Shown: piece after piece, positions 1 to 9,386 of the stretch
Position numbering within the stretch: the stretch's first letter is position 1
Layout: each line of letters opens with the position of its first letter
Source of the DNA: Thermofilum pendens Hrk 5
GTDB lineage: Archaea > Thermoproteota > Thermoprotei > Thermofilales > Thermofilaceae
NCBI RefSeq assembly: GCF_000015225.1
Contig: NC_008698.1
Location: 1,200,001 to 1,232,000 of the forward strand
DNA length: 32,000 nucleotides
Direction: 5' to 3'
Position numbers and translations under genes: made by a program
Notes under the pieces: model-generated
What the model was told of the DNA's origin: nothing
What the model saw: the letters and a program-made list of their open reading frames with translations, nothing else
The model's database searches: none

Positions 1-24
1 TACTGCTGGGCGCGAGGTGAGCGC

Positions 25-732
25 GTGTTCTCCAGGTACGCCGCCCTCGTGAAGAACCTCAGGGGAGTCGTGCTCCTCGACCCCTCGGAGGAGGGCGCGA
101 AGGAGTCGCTACGCTGGCTCGCGGAGAGGTTCAGGTACAGGAACCTCGGGTTAACGCCGGCGGCGGCCGCAAGCCTTGGGTCTCCTCAGAAGCCTTTCAG
201 GGTCCTCGCGTACCCCCTGGAGGAGTACGAGCGCTTCGCGGGGGAGCTCGCTGGGTGCGCGGGGCTCGAGAAGGGGCTCACCGAGCTACTGGTTCTCTCC
301 TCCCTTTACGTGTCGCCGGCTATCCTCGTGGGGTACAGGTACAGGGAGGCTCTTGGCGCGGTCGCGGTCGACGAGGTGAGGGTTCGGGGGGCTATGGGCG
401 TCCAGCAGTGGAAGCTCCACCTGAGGATAGCCGACTACACCGTCCTGGACATGTACGAGTACTCCGTGGAGACGGCCGAGGAAGCCGTGCGGTCGTGCGG
501 GGACGAGGCTAAGGTAGCTAGTTTGCTCGAGGAGAGGGCGAGGCGCGTGGCGGCGGACAAGAAGAGGTACTGGAGGGTGTCGAGCGGGGAGGGAGACGTC
601 TTCATGTACTACGTGGACAACCTACGCGTGTACTGCTCGAGGTGCGGCTCCTCGGGGCTCTGCGGCAGGGACTGGCTGGCCGCGGCGCTAGCGGTGGTCC
701 CCGTAGTGGTGGTGCCTCCAGGCATGAAGTAG
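25..732 (+). CDS. hypothetical protein (no recognisable domain)
   Basis: 235-aa ORF with coding-like composition. The GTG start is preceded by GAGGTGA (14-20) at Shine-Dalgarno spacing, which suggests an internal operon gene. C-terminal Cys cluster CSRCGSSGLC. The frame is open to the window edge, so the start is not certain. Confidence 0.5.
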   Translation: MFSRYAALVKNLRGVVLLDPSEEGAKESLRWLAERFRYRNLGLTPAAAASLGSPQKPFRVLAYPLEEYERFAGELAGCAGLEKGLTELLVLSSLYVSPAILVGYRYREALGAVAVDEVRVRGAMGVQQWKLHLRIADYTVLDMYEYSVETAEEAVRSCGDEAKVASLLEERARRVAADKKRYWRVSSGEGDVFMYYVDNLRVYCSRCGSSGLCGRDWLAAALAVVPVVVVPPGMK

Positions 733-825
733 CTGAAATTTTTTCTTTTTAGAACCGCTGAAACCGGTAATTTTTACGGTTAAAACGCGAAAAGATAGAT
801 ATTTTCCACAAGGATTGGGGGAGAG

Positions 826-2220
826 ATGGAAACGCCTAGGCTAATGTGCACCCAGCACCCGGACTCCACGGTCAAGGTTCCAGTCCAGGAGGAAGTCGAG
901 GAGGCGGTGAGGAGCTTCCTCGTTTACGGTTGCGACGAAGTGATGTCTGACTACGAGGGGAAGCTTACGCCCTACGCTCAGCCGAAGGAGATAGTCGTGA
1001 AGGCGGGGGAGCTGGGAGTACCCGTGGGCGAGGGCTTCTACGTTACCGTTAGGGCTCCCAACCCGAGGCTGGAGGACTTCGACAGGGTCGACCTCGCGCT
1101 GGAAGCCGCCGTGCTGGCGAACTACTACTCGTACAAGCGGCTGGGAGTCCAGGCTGTGAGGTGGGTAGTCCTCCCCATGACGGACTCCGCGGAGACCGTT
1201 AGGCTCGTCCAGAGGCTCCTCGCCAGGAAGACCAGGGTGCTCTGCGAGGAGGTAGGCCAGCCCTGCGAGCAGGCACAGCTGGTCCCCCTCCTGGAGGACG
1301 TGGACTCGCTACTCCGGGTGCGCGAGATCCTGCGCGACCTCCACAGCGCCCTCGCCGAGCTCGGGTCCGACCCCGGGGTTCTCAGGGTCTTCCTGGGTAA
1401 GAGCGACAGCGCCTTGAAGGCGGGGCACATCGCGTCCGCCCTCTCGCTGCTCTACGCCCTCGGCGAGTCCGCGAAGGCGGGCGAGGAGCTCGGATTGGAG
1501 GTCAAGCCCATACTTGGGGGAGGCTCCCCGCCGTTCAGGGGAGGGGTGAACAACCCCCGCCTAGTCGGCGTCGAGGTGCAGCGGTACAGGGGCTACTCGA
1601 CGGTCACTGTGCAGTCGGCGGTTAGGTACGACGCCTCGTTCTCCGAGTACCAGGAGGTCCGCTCGAAGCTACTGGGAGGCGCGGGGGGAGAGCCCGGGGA
1701 CGCCGGGGGCAGGGTAGCCGAGCTGGCGCGGCTCGCGGCTTCGATGTACAGGTCGCTGGCCTCCAAGTACCTGGATTTCGTCAACGAGTATGCGCGGAGC
1801 GTCCCGACGACGAGGGACAGGGTCTCGTGGAGAGAGTACGGGAGGGCCCTGGAGCTCGAGGACAAGTTGTTCAGCGCGCCCAGGGCGATAGTCTATACGG
1901 CGGCGTGGTACTCGCTGGGGGTGCCGCCGACGTTCCTCGACGCGGACTTCGTGCTCGAGGCCTACAGGGGCGACTTCCTAGACGAGGTGCTCGGGTACCT
2001 GCCGGGGCTCGAGGAGGAGTGGAGGTACGACGCCCAGTTCTACCTGCCGAGGCTGGCGGGGGAGAGGCTGGGGGAGGAGCTCGTCAAGAAGGTGGATGAG
2101 GCACTCGACGCCATGGGGCTGAGGCCGGAGCCCCTCGAGCCCTACGAGAAGCTCGCGAGGACAGCCCCCGCGGAGCTCCGGGCGTTGCTGCTCGGAAAGG
2201 TGAGAGGCTTCCTCGGCTAG
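826..2220 (+). CDS. ppcA: archaeal-type phosphoenolpyruvate carboxylase
   Basis: 464 aa. The N-terminal PRLMCTQHPDS matches the hallmark (P)R(L/M)MxTQHPD motif of archaeal-type PEPC, and the length fits. An AT-rich promoter region lies at 733-825. Confidence 0.85.
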   Translation: METPRLMCTQHPDSTVKVPVQEEVEEAVRSFLVYGCDEVMSDYEGKLTPYAQPKEIVVKAGELGVPVGEGFYVTVRAPNPRLEDFDRVDLALEAAVLANYYSYKRLGVQAVRWVVLPMTDSAETVRLVQRLLARKTRVLCEEVGQPCEQAQLVPLLEDVDSLLRVREILRDLHSALAELGSDPGVLRVFLGKSDSALKAGHIASALSLLYALGESAKAGEELGLEVKPILGGGSPPFRGGVNNPRLVGVEVQRYRGYSTVTVQSAVRYDASFSEYQEVRSKLLGGAGGEPGDAGGRVAELARLAASMYRSLASKYLDFVNEYARSVPTTRDRVSWREYGRALELEDKLFSAPRAIVYTAAWYSLGVPPTFLDADFVLEAYRGDFLDEVLGYLPGLEEEWRYDAQFYLPRLAGERLGEELVKKVDEALDAMGLRPEPLEPYEKLARTAPAELRALLLGKVRGFLG

Positions 2221-2275
2221 CGCTGGGCACGCGACGGTTTTCCTCCGCGCGAAAGGTTCTTATCGCCGGGGGAGT

Positions 2276-3952
2276 ATGGGCTTCGTGTCCGGCTTGAGGG
2301 TGTATGCGTCGCTGGGCCTGCTAGCCCTCTCGGTGCCAGCCTTCCTGTTCCCGTCCATATGGCTCGTAGCAGTGGCCGTCGCCGCCTCGGCGCTCGCTTT
2401 GGCGCTGACTTTCGGGAGGCGCGCCGGCCTAGCCTTTCTGGCTGTCTACTCGCTTCTCTACCTGCTCCTCGTGCTCCTAGCGGTGCCTCTACCCCTCTAC
2501 GCCTTGCTCGTAGCCGTGTTCACGGCGTTCCTCCTCTCCGCGGCTACCCGGAGCCGCGCGTTCCTGGCAGCGATGCTAGCCCTCGCGGCCTTCCTCGTAG
2601 TCTTTCTGGCGCTCCAGGGGTACTTCCTGGCGTCGTGGCACGGGGGCGTCGTGAAGGTGGCGCCGCCTTCCGAGCTCGCATCGGTATTCTCGAGGTCCCC
2701 GGTTATCCTCGTGGGGCACAGGATGGCTGAGGGCGTGGCTGAGACGAGGCTCTCGCCTAACGAGAGGATAGCCGAGTGGGAGCAGATAGTCGTGAATGCC
2801 ACGCCGTACTGGGTCTTCGCGGTCACGCCGCTGAACACGATGAGCCAGAACTACGTCAGCAAGCTCATACTCGTGAACGCGCTCACCGGCGAGGCGCTCG
2901 TAGTCGAAGCCCGGATGCCGGTCGGTAGCGGGCTCTGGCTCTGGGGGAACATCGACCTAAACGCCTACCTGAGGTCCGGCGGCTCGGAGGTCGGCAACAC
3001 CTTCCCCGTCATCCACGGCGGCAAGCCCTACTTCGTCGCCGGGGTGCACCCGCTACTAGGCACCGTGCCGTCCCCTGGATACCTCTACGTCTACGACTCC
3101 ACGGGCAACCCCAGGGTCTACCCAGCCTTTTCGCGCGAGCTCGAGGACTGGCCCCAGAGCTACGACTGGGAGTACCTCGACAGGCTCGTCGGGACCTGGC
3201 TCTACCACCTCGCGGGCCTAGAGCCCCCCAGCTTCACGCCGCTCCCGAGGGGCTTCCTCTTCCTCCCGGCCTCGCCCTACAGCCAAAACCTCCTCAACAT
3301 GACGCTACTAGTGCCGGACGCGCGGGGGCACACCCAGAGGGTCTGGTTCGGCGTGAGCCCTGCGAGCCCCAACGCCCTCGCGAGCATAGTCGTAGCGAAC
3401 AACACTGGCGTGTACTACTTCGACGTCAGGAACCTCGGCATATACAGCCCCCACTACGTCCAGTCCCTCGTTCAGTCCAGGCTACCGGCGATAAGCGGCG
3501 GCACGCTCTACGCGAGGTACTCCCAGCTCCTCTGGCTCAACGGGACCTGGCTCTGGGTAACCCCCGTCTACGCCAAGACGGGCGTCACGACCCTCTGGGG
3601 CGTAGCAGTGACCAACGCCACGAACCCCACGGCGAGCGAGGTGTACCAGTACCCGGGAGGCGACTACCAAGCCTTCCTGAAGGCCTCGATCTCAGCGTTC
3701 CTCTCCTGGAGGCTCAGAGGGGCCCCCGCCGGGCGGTGCGCGTGGGTGAACGGCACTGTGACCGGGGTGTACCAGTTCGTCCACGGAGGCGAGACTAACG
3801 TAGCCATAGTCGTCGGGGGTAAGCCTTACCTCGCGAAGCCCTCGATGGGGGTCGAGGAGTTCCTGAAAGCCCTCGAGGTCAAGCCGGGGCAACGCGTCTG
3901 GCTGTGCGTCGCGGGCAACGAGGTCGTAGAGGTGAAAATAGAGGGTGGTTAG
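2276..3952 (+). CDS. integral membrane protein with large extracytoplasmic domain, function unknown
   Basis: 558 aa. The first ~120 residues form several hydrophobic Leu/Ala-rich helices, followed by a W/Y/N-rich domain with many N-x-T/S sequons. Confidence 0.6.
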   Translation: MGFVSGLRVYASLGLLALSVPAFLFPSIWLVAVAVAASALALALTFGRRAGLAFLAVYSLLYLLLVLLAVPLPLYALLVAVFTAFLLSAATRSRAFLAAMLALAAFLVVFLALQGYFLASWHGGVVKVAPPSELASVFSRSPVILVGHRMAEGVAETRLSPNERIAEWEQIVVNATPYWVFAVTPLNTMSQNYVSKLILVNALTGEALVVEARMPVGSGLWLWGNIDLNAYLRSGGSEVGNTFPVIHGGKPYFVAGVHPLLGTVPSPGYLYVYDSTGNPRVYPAFSRELEDWPQSYDWEYLDRLVGTWLYHLAGLEPPSFTPLPRGFLFLPASPYSQNLLNMTLLVPDARGHTQRVWFGVSPASPNALASIVVANNTGVYYFDVRNLGIYSPHYVQSLVQSRLPAISGGTLYARYSQLLWLNGTWLWVTPVYAKTGVTTLWGVAVTNATNPTASEVYQYPGGDYQAFLKASISAFLSWRLRGAPAGRCAWVNGTVTGVYQFVHGGETNVAIVVGGKPYLAKPSMGVEEFLKALEVKPGQRVWLCVAGNEVVEVKIEGG

Positions 3953-3994
3953 GTTTAATAGTTCCGGTGCGGAACTGAGTTCCGGTGCGGAACC
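3952..3994 (+). promoter_or_regulatory. TATA-like box plus two tandem 15-nt palindromic operator-like sites
   Basis: TTTAATAG (3953-3960) is followed by GTTCCGGTGCGGAAC at 3961-3975 and again at 3979-3993. Each copy is a GTTCC-N5-GGAAC inverted repeat, and the second ends 1 nt before the GTG start at 3995. Confidence 0.45.
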
Positions 3995-5023
3995 GTGAAG
4001 CTGTTCGACCCTAGGCCCAAGACCAGCAGGGACAGCCTCTTCGACAGGGAGAGGGAGCTCGAAGAGCTACACAGGGCGGTCGACCGCGGGCTACCCCTGG
4101 TCGCGTTGCTGGGCGTGAGGCGGGTCGGGAAGACTAGCGTGCTCAGAACCTTCCTCGGGGAGGTGAACGGGCTCTACGTCGACGCAAGGGGCCTCGTGAG
4201 GAGGGCAGACCTCGAGACAAGGGTCGCGGACGCCCTCTCGGAGTCCCTCGGGAGGCTTAGGAGGTTCCTGGAGGGCGTGAGGGGTGTCAGCGTGGCGGGC
4301 TTCTCCGTGGAGGTGAGGTGGAGGGGGAGGGACTCTGTCAGCCTCGCGGGCCTGCTGAGCGAGATAGACAAGAGGGGCGAGAGGTTCGTGTTCGCCCTCG
4401 ACGAGGTCCAGCAGTCCAAGCCCCCCGTCTCGGCGGAGCTGAGGAGCGTCCTGGCGTACGGCTACGACAACCTCGAGAACGTAACCTTCGTCGTCGTCGG
4501 AAGCGAGGTGGGGATGCTCAGGGACTTCCTGGCGCTCGAAGACCCCTCCTCGCCCCTCTACGGCAGGTACGCCTACGAGGTGCACGTCGAGAGGTTCAGC
4601 GAGGACCTCTCCAGGGAGTTCCTCGAGAGGGGCTTCAGGGAGGAGGGCGTCGAGCCCCCGCCGGGCGTCGTGGAGGAGGCCGTCGGATTCTTCGACGGGA
4701 TAGTCGGGTGGCTGGTGCTCTTCGGGAGGGGCTACGTCGATGGCGCGGGGAGCGTGGAGGAGCTCAAGCGGGCGGCCGTGAACTTGGCGGCGGAGGAGCT
4801 CGGGAAGCTCTCGCCCAGGGAGAGGATGGTGCTCAGGGCCGTCGCGGAGGGTTGCAGGTCGTGGAGCGAGGTGCGCAGGTACGTAGACGAGCGCTTCGGA
4901 GTCGCGTTGCCGAAGGCCACCCTCTCGAGGATAATCGAGAAGCTGGAGAAGCTCAGCATAATAAGGGGCTACGAGTTCCTCGACCCGGTCTACAGGGAGG
5001 CCGCCCGCCGCCTCACCACTTGA
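3995..5023 (+). CDS. archaeal ATPase family protein (Arch_ATPase/AAA with C-terminal winged-helix-like region)
   Basis: FDRERELEEL followed by Walker A GVRRVGKTS, and Walker B-like FVFALDEVQ. The C-terminal ~90 aa resemble a wHTH (PKATLSRIIEKLEKLSII). Confidence 0.75.
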   Translation: MKLFDPRPKTSRDSLFDRERELEELHRAVDRGLPLVALLGVRRVGKTSVLRTFLGEVNGLYVDARGLVRRADLETRVADALSESLGRLRRFLEGVRGVSVAGFSVEVRWRGRDSVSLAGLLSEIDKRGERFVFALDEVQQSKPPVSAELRSVLAYGYDNLENVTFVVVGSEVGMLRDFLALEDPSSPLYGRYAYEVHVERFSEDLSREFLERGFREEGVEPPPGVVEEAVGFFDGIVGWLVLFGRGYVDGAGSVEELKRAAVNLAAEELGKLSPRERMVLRAVAEGCRSWSEVRRYVDERFGVALPKATLSRIIEKLEKLSIIRGYEFLDPVYREAARRLTT

Positions 5024-5984
5024 TCGCGGAGACAGCCTCCCTAACCTTCTCCCGCGCAACGTCCCCCATAGGCCTGCCGAGGGCCTTGAGCGTCAGCCTG
5101 CAGAAGGAGCAGAGCTCGCCCTCCGACGGCGCCCCGCAGACCCTGCAGGCCCGGGGAGGGCTGCGCGGCCCTTGCCCCCAGAGCCCGGCGTTCCTCGCGA
5201 GCCCCCTGGCGAGCGATATCTTGAAGCCCGGCCTCCTAGCCTCCACGGAGTCCAGGAAAGCCCTGACCTCGCCCTCGACGGAGCGGTTCGGGGAGTACGG
5301 GCACCTCTCCTCTGTGAACGGTAGCCCCGAGAGGCGCGCGTAGAGCGAGGCCTCCGACTTGTAGACCTCGTAGAGGGGCCGCACCCTGCCAACCAAGCCG
5401 CCCGTGCTCTCGGTCTTCGGGCCCAGCTTCGCAAGCTCGGGGAGCCTCTGGAACAGGAAGTTCTTGACCGCGTACGCCAGCAGGTCGTCCGCGTGGTGCC
5501 CAAGCGCTACGACGTCAGCCCCCGCCTCGGCGGCAGCCACGTTGACGAGGTACCTCTTCACCGCCCCGCACACGCTGCAAACAGGCCTCCTAGCCCTCCT
5601 CGCGAGCTCCGGCAACCCCACCCCGGCTACCTCCGGGAGGCTCACCACCGCGAAGGGCACGCCGAGGGACCCGCAAAGCTCCTCCACCGCCCTCCTCGAA
5701 GCCTCCGAGAACCCCTCGATCCCGAGATCCACGTGGACAGCCGCCAGCCTGAAGCCGAGCGCCACCGAAGCCTTCGCGAGAACCCCGAGCATAGCCGCGC
5801 TGTCGGCGCCCCCCGACACGGCGGCCAGGACCCTCCACCCCCTCTCGACGAGCCTGTACCTCTCCAGGGCCCCGAGAACCTTCCCCTCCACGTACCCCGC
5901 GAAGTGCGCCCCGCAGAGCCACTTCCTAGCGTACTCTACCCTCGCAACCGCCGGTTCCCCGCAGACAGAGCACCTGGCGTGCAA
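5013..5984 (-). CDS. PP-loop ATPase, TtuA/NcsA(Ncs6)-family tRNA 2-thiolation protein
   Basis: N-terminal CxxC...CxxH zinc finger, PP-loop SGGADS, central CSVC plus a later CPYS (Fe-S ligand pattern), and a C-terminal CRVC...CSFC zinc finger. Confidence 0.75.
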   Translation of the reverse strand: MHARCSVCGEPAVARVEYARKWLCGAHFAGYVEGKVLGALERYRLVERGWRVLAAVSGGADSAAMLGVLAKASVALGFRLAAVHVDLGIEGFSEASRRAVEELCGSLGVPFAVVSLPEVAGVGLPELARRARRPVCSVCGAVKRYLVNVAAAEAGADVVALGHHADDLLAYAVKNFLFQRLPELAKLGPKTESTGGLVGRVRPLYEVYKSEASLYARLSGLPFTEERCPYSPNRSVEGEVRAFLDSVEARRPGFKISLARGLARNAGLWGQGPRSPPRACRVCGAPSEGELCSFCRLTLKALGRPMGDVAREKVREAVSAIKW

Positions 5985-6044
5985 GGCAACCCCCAGAAAG
6001 GTACCGCGATGCCTTTAAAAGTAACCCGCCGGGATAACGTTAGT

Positions 6045-9000
6045 ATGTCTTTGGGGACCGTGCGCCTCGCTGCTGCTACGGCCCTCCTGCTAGCCCTACT
6101 CCTACTCGCCGCCGCCCGCGGCGAACCCGTGACTGTGGACGGCTCAGGCTTCGACTGGCCGTACGACTCCTGCCACGCGCTCGACCCCCACGGCGACCTC
6201 CTCGACGCGACCCCCCACTGGTACGACAGCAGGGACCTCCTAGCCTGGTACTACGCTGTCGGCGACCAGTACGTCTTCATCAGGCTAGACCTCCTGGACC
6301 TAGCCTACGGCGCCGAGACGGCGAGCTACCCGGACGGCGGTGTCGCGGACGCCCTAAACATCTACGTGATGCTCGGGTGGGAGAACGCGCCGGGGTACCA
6401 AGAGTGGGCCCCCGACTACCTGCAGCTGAACGGCTACGGAGTCCACATAAGCGACTACCGCTGGGTCGTAGCTATCGCGGTGTACGACTCCGCACACTAC
6501 AAGGTGTACAGGTACGACTGGTCTGTCCTCGCCGAGAACAGCGGGCTACAGGTAGCCTTCAACAGCCAGTGGGACCTCGTCGAGATCGGCATACCCAGGA
6601 GCATGCTGGAGAGCTACGGCTGGACGCCTACATCCAGGGTGTGGGCCAAGATTGCAACCGCGCTCGTGAAGACGGGCGGCGCGAACGTCCTGGCGGACGC
6701 CATGCCGAACACGGTCAGCTTCGACGGGAACGCCGGCCGCTACGAGTGGAGCGGCGCCGTGTTCAGCGACCAGAAGTGCGGGACCGCCAAGGTAGCCTTC
6801 GTGCACCACGGGAACCAGCACCTCGCGGACAACAGAGCCCTCAACAAGCCTAACGCCGTCAACAGCTACGACTACATACTGAGGGTGCACGAAGAGCTCT
6901 CCGCGAAGGCAGGCAGGAGGATACCCGTGTGCGTCCACATGTCGGGAACCCTGGCGGCGAGCTACGTGTGGTGGGACCCGAGCATAGTGGCGCACCTGAG
7001 GAGCCTCGCCGCGAAGGGGCTAGCGTGCATAGTCGGGGGAACCTGGGCTGAGTACATCACGGCGTACTTCTACGACAACTTCAACGACCCCTCGTTCTAC
7101 CTCGGAAAGCTCTACGCCGAGGCACTGTTCGGCTACACCCCGCTCACCGCGTGGATACCCGAGAGGACGTGGGACGACGAGAGAACCGGTATCGCGTACA
7201 CAGTCAGCAAGCACTACTACGCGGTGATACTCGACGGCAACACGCACCACGATGACTGGAGCCCGAACACCAGCCCCTACAAGCCCCACCAGTACGACCC
7301 GTCGAAGACGGGGGGCAGGGAGCTCTACGTCTTCTTCATCGACTGGGAGATGCAGCAACTCCTCCTCGCGAACACGGACGGAGGGCTGAACATAAACCTG
7401 AGGAGGAAGCTCGCCTGGGCGGCCACCAACGCGGACCAGCAGATGCTGTTCCTCTACGCGGACGACTGGGAGAAGGCCGCCGGGATATCCAGCCCGAGCT
7501 GGGACCCCGGCAACCCGTACCGCTACAGGGACTCGCTGACCTGGATAGCCATGCACCCGTGGATACAGGTCGTAACGGTGGACGAGGTCGTCGGCTGGCT
7601 TAGGAGCGGCTCGTGGACGCCGGTGAAGTACTACTACTGCGGCTACGACACCTACTACTACCTCAAGACGTGGGTCCCGGGCTACCCGTACGACTACAGA
7701 AGGGCCTACGACGGGTGGTACTGGGGTACGAGCAGCGCGAAGAGTTTCGCCTGGTACGGTAGCGGCCAGCCGGGCTACTCGCTCCCCGACACCACGATGC
7801 CATTCGGCGACGTCTTCGGGTACACCACCTACAACGGGTCGCCCGCAAACACCGTGATATACAGGCTGCTGGCCCCGGGGAAGGCTCTGGACAGCGCGCC
7901 TAGAAACGAGCTGTGGAGGCTCGCGGTCATGGCGGCTAACGCGTTGCTCTACGAGACAGCCTGGCACGAGGGCTCCGACTGCGTCGGGTGGGGCCTCAAC
8001 CAGTGGAACCACTTGAGGCTCGTGAACGTGCTCCTACTCGCGTCCAAGTGGCTCGACGACGCGCGCCTCGGGAAGATCGCGGGCGCCTCCTACCTAGTCG
8101 GGGACTTCGACTGGGACGGCAGGCCCGAGGCGGTGATCTACAACCGGGCGGTGTTCGCCTACATAGACGACAAGGGAGGCGCGGCGCCCCTCATCTTCGC
8201 CTACAACAGGACCACCGACAGGGTCTACGTGTCCGTGGGCGCCCCGCTCGTGTACTGGGGCGTACTGGGCGACGCCTGGTACGGCGACAACCACGTGGGC
8301 TTCCTCGCGGACGACTACTTCGACGCCACGGGTAAGAACTACTACTCGTCCAGCTACCAGCTGGTCTCGGCTTCGAGGAGCGACGCCGAGGGGGGAGTCG
8401 TGGTCAAGCTCGCGGCTCCCGACATGGACGGGGACGGGCGCCCCGACTTCTACAAGTACTTCGTGCTCCGCGACACCGCCAACTACGTCGACGCGGTCTA
8501 CGAGCCCTCCGGGAAGGCTGGGACCGTGTACTCCGCCGTCGGCCTCTCGGTAGACCTGCTCGACAGCCTCTTCAACGGCGACAGGGCCGCCAGGGTCGGC
8601 GACCCCTCCGGGGCCTCGACGTTCGGCTACAGGAACGGCTACACGGGGGCCTACGCGTACGTCAAGCCGTTGCAGGGCGCGTCGTGGACGGGGCCCCAGG
8701 ACCTCTCCAAGTACACCCTCCAGTACGTTGCGAAGCTAGCAGTCAGCGTGTCGCAGGGCCAGTCGAAGGTGCGCCTCTACCTGCCCGGCGACCCCGGCCA
8801 GTACGCGCCCCGGTGCCAGCCCTCGGCCTACGCGACTATCGGCTTCCTCAGGTCCCCCGGGTCGACGGCGGTGCTCGTGGCTGTGTACGGCAACTCCAGC
8901 GCACCCGTGAACTCCTTCGAGGCTAGGGTTGTCGACGCGTCCGGCGCGGGCTCCTGGAGGCTCGACGCCAGGCTCGCCGGCGGCTCCCTCGGCTCCCCCT

Positions 9001-9386
9001 ACGCCTCCTTCCTCTTGAACCTGAGCTCGTCCCAGCTCGCTCCCGGGATGTACTACGTGGAGCTCAACGTGAGCCTGGGGGCCTCGAGGATCGTCGAGAG
9101 GGCGTACAGCGTCTACGTGAGGAGGCTCGAACGCGGCTACAACCTGGTGTCCCTCCCGTTCTTCTACAGCGCCGTCGTGAGCCCCTCGAAGGCCTCCGAG
9201 CTCGCCGAGACCGCGGGCACCAGCCTGCTCGCCGTGTGGAGGTGGGACGTGCAGGCGCAGAGGTTCAGGGGCTACGTACCCGGTGTGAGCGGGCCCGAGG
9301 ACGACTTCCCGCTGGAGCCCGGGAGCGGCTACTTCGTCTACGCGAAGTCTCCAGTCGTCGTGGTGTGGGTGGCCGGGAAATGCTGA
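6045..9386 (+). CDS. large secreted glycoside-hydrolase-family-57-like protein
   Basis: The in-frame ATG at 6045 gives signal peptide MSLGTVRLAAATALLLALLLLAAARG. A TTTAAAA box (6014-6020) lies ~25 nt upstream. GH57-like motifs: VAFVHHGNQH, HMSGTLAASY, AWIPERTWDDE, YADDWEKA. The portion of the track ORF upstream of 6045 is antisense to the thiolase gene. Confidence 0.55.
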   Translation: MSLGTVRLAAATALLLALLLLAAARGEPVTVDGSGFDWPYDSCHALDPHGDLLDATPHWYDSRDLLAWYYAVGDQYVFIRLDLLDLAYGAETASYPDGGVADALNIYVMLGWENAPGYQEWAPDYLQLNGYGVHISDYRWVVAIAVYDSAHYKVYRYDWSVLAENSGLQVAFNSQWDLVEIGIPRSMLESYGWTPTSRVWAKIATALVKTGGANVLADAMPNTVSFDGNAGRYEWSGAVFSDQKCGTAKVAFVHHGNQHLADNRALNKPNAVNSYDYILRVHEELSAKAGRRIPVCVHMSGTLAASYVWWDPSIVAHLRSLAAKGLACIVGGTWAEYITAYFYDNFNDPSFYLGKLYAEALFGYTPLTAWIPERTWDDERTGIAYTVSKHYYAVILDGNTHHDDWSPNTSPYKPHQYDPSKTGGRELYVFFIDWEMQQLLLANTDGGLNINLRRKLAWAATNADQQMLFLYADDWEKAAGISSPSWDPGNPYRYRDSLTWIAMHPWIQVVTVDEVVGWLRSGSWTPVKYYYCGYDTYYYLKTWVPGYPYDYRRAYDGWYWGTSSAKSFAWYGSGQPGYSLPDTTMPFGDVFGYTTYNGSPANTVIYRLLAPGKALDSAPRNELWRLAVMAANALLYETAWHEGSDCVGWGLNQWNHLRLVNVLLLASKWLDDARLGKIAGASYLVGDFDWDGRPEAVIYNRAVFAYIDDKGGAAPLIFAYNRTTDRVYVSVGAPLVYWGVLGDAWYGDNHVGFLADDYFDATGKNYYSSSYQLVSASRSDAEGGVVVKLAAPDMDGDGRPDFYKYFVLRDTANYVDAVYEPSGKAGTVYSAVGLSVDLLDSLFNGDRAARVGDPSGASTFGYRNGYTGAYAYVKPLQGASWTGPQDLSKYTLQYVAKLAVSVSQGQSKVRLYLPGDPGQYAPRCQPSAYATIGFLRSPGSTAVLVAVYGNSSAPVNSFEARVVDASGAGSWRLDARLAGGSLGSPYASFLLNLSSSQLAPGMYYVELNVSLGASRIVERAYSVYVRRLERGYNLVSLPFFYSAVVSPSKASELAETAGTSLLAVWRWDVQAQRFRGYVPGVSGPEDDFPLEPGSGYFVYAKSPVVVVWVAGKC

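Noticed and set aside
4091-5343. Long ORFs 4091-5059 (-) and 4318-5343 (+)
   Set aside because: These are Arg/Gly/Pro-rich shadow frames overlapping the Arch_ATPase and thiolase genes, as is typical in GC-rich DNA.
5493-6044. N-terminal ~184 codons of the 1297-aa track ORF (5493-9386)
   Set aside because: This part is antisense to the well-supported PP-loop thiolase gene and is Pro/Arg-rich. A signal peptide begins at the in-frame ATG 6045, with a TATA box ~25 nt upstream.
7020-8012. 330-aa minus-strand ORF
   Set aside because: It is antisense to the GH57-like gene and has low-complexity V/R/P composition.
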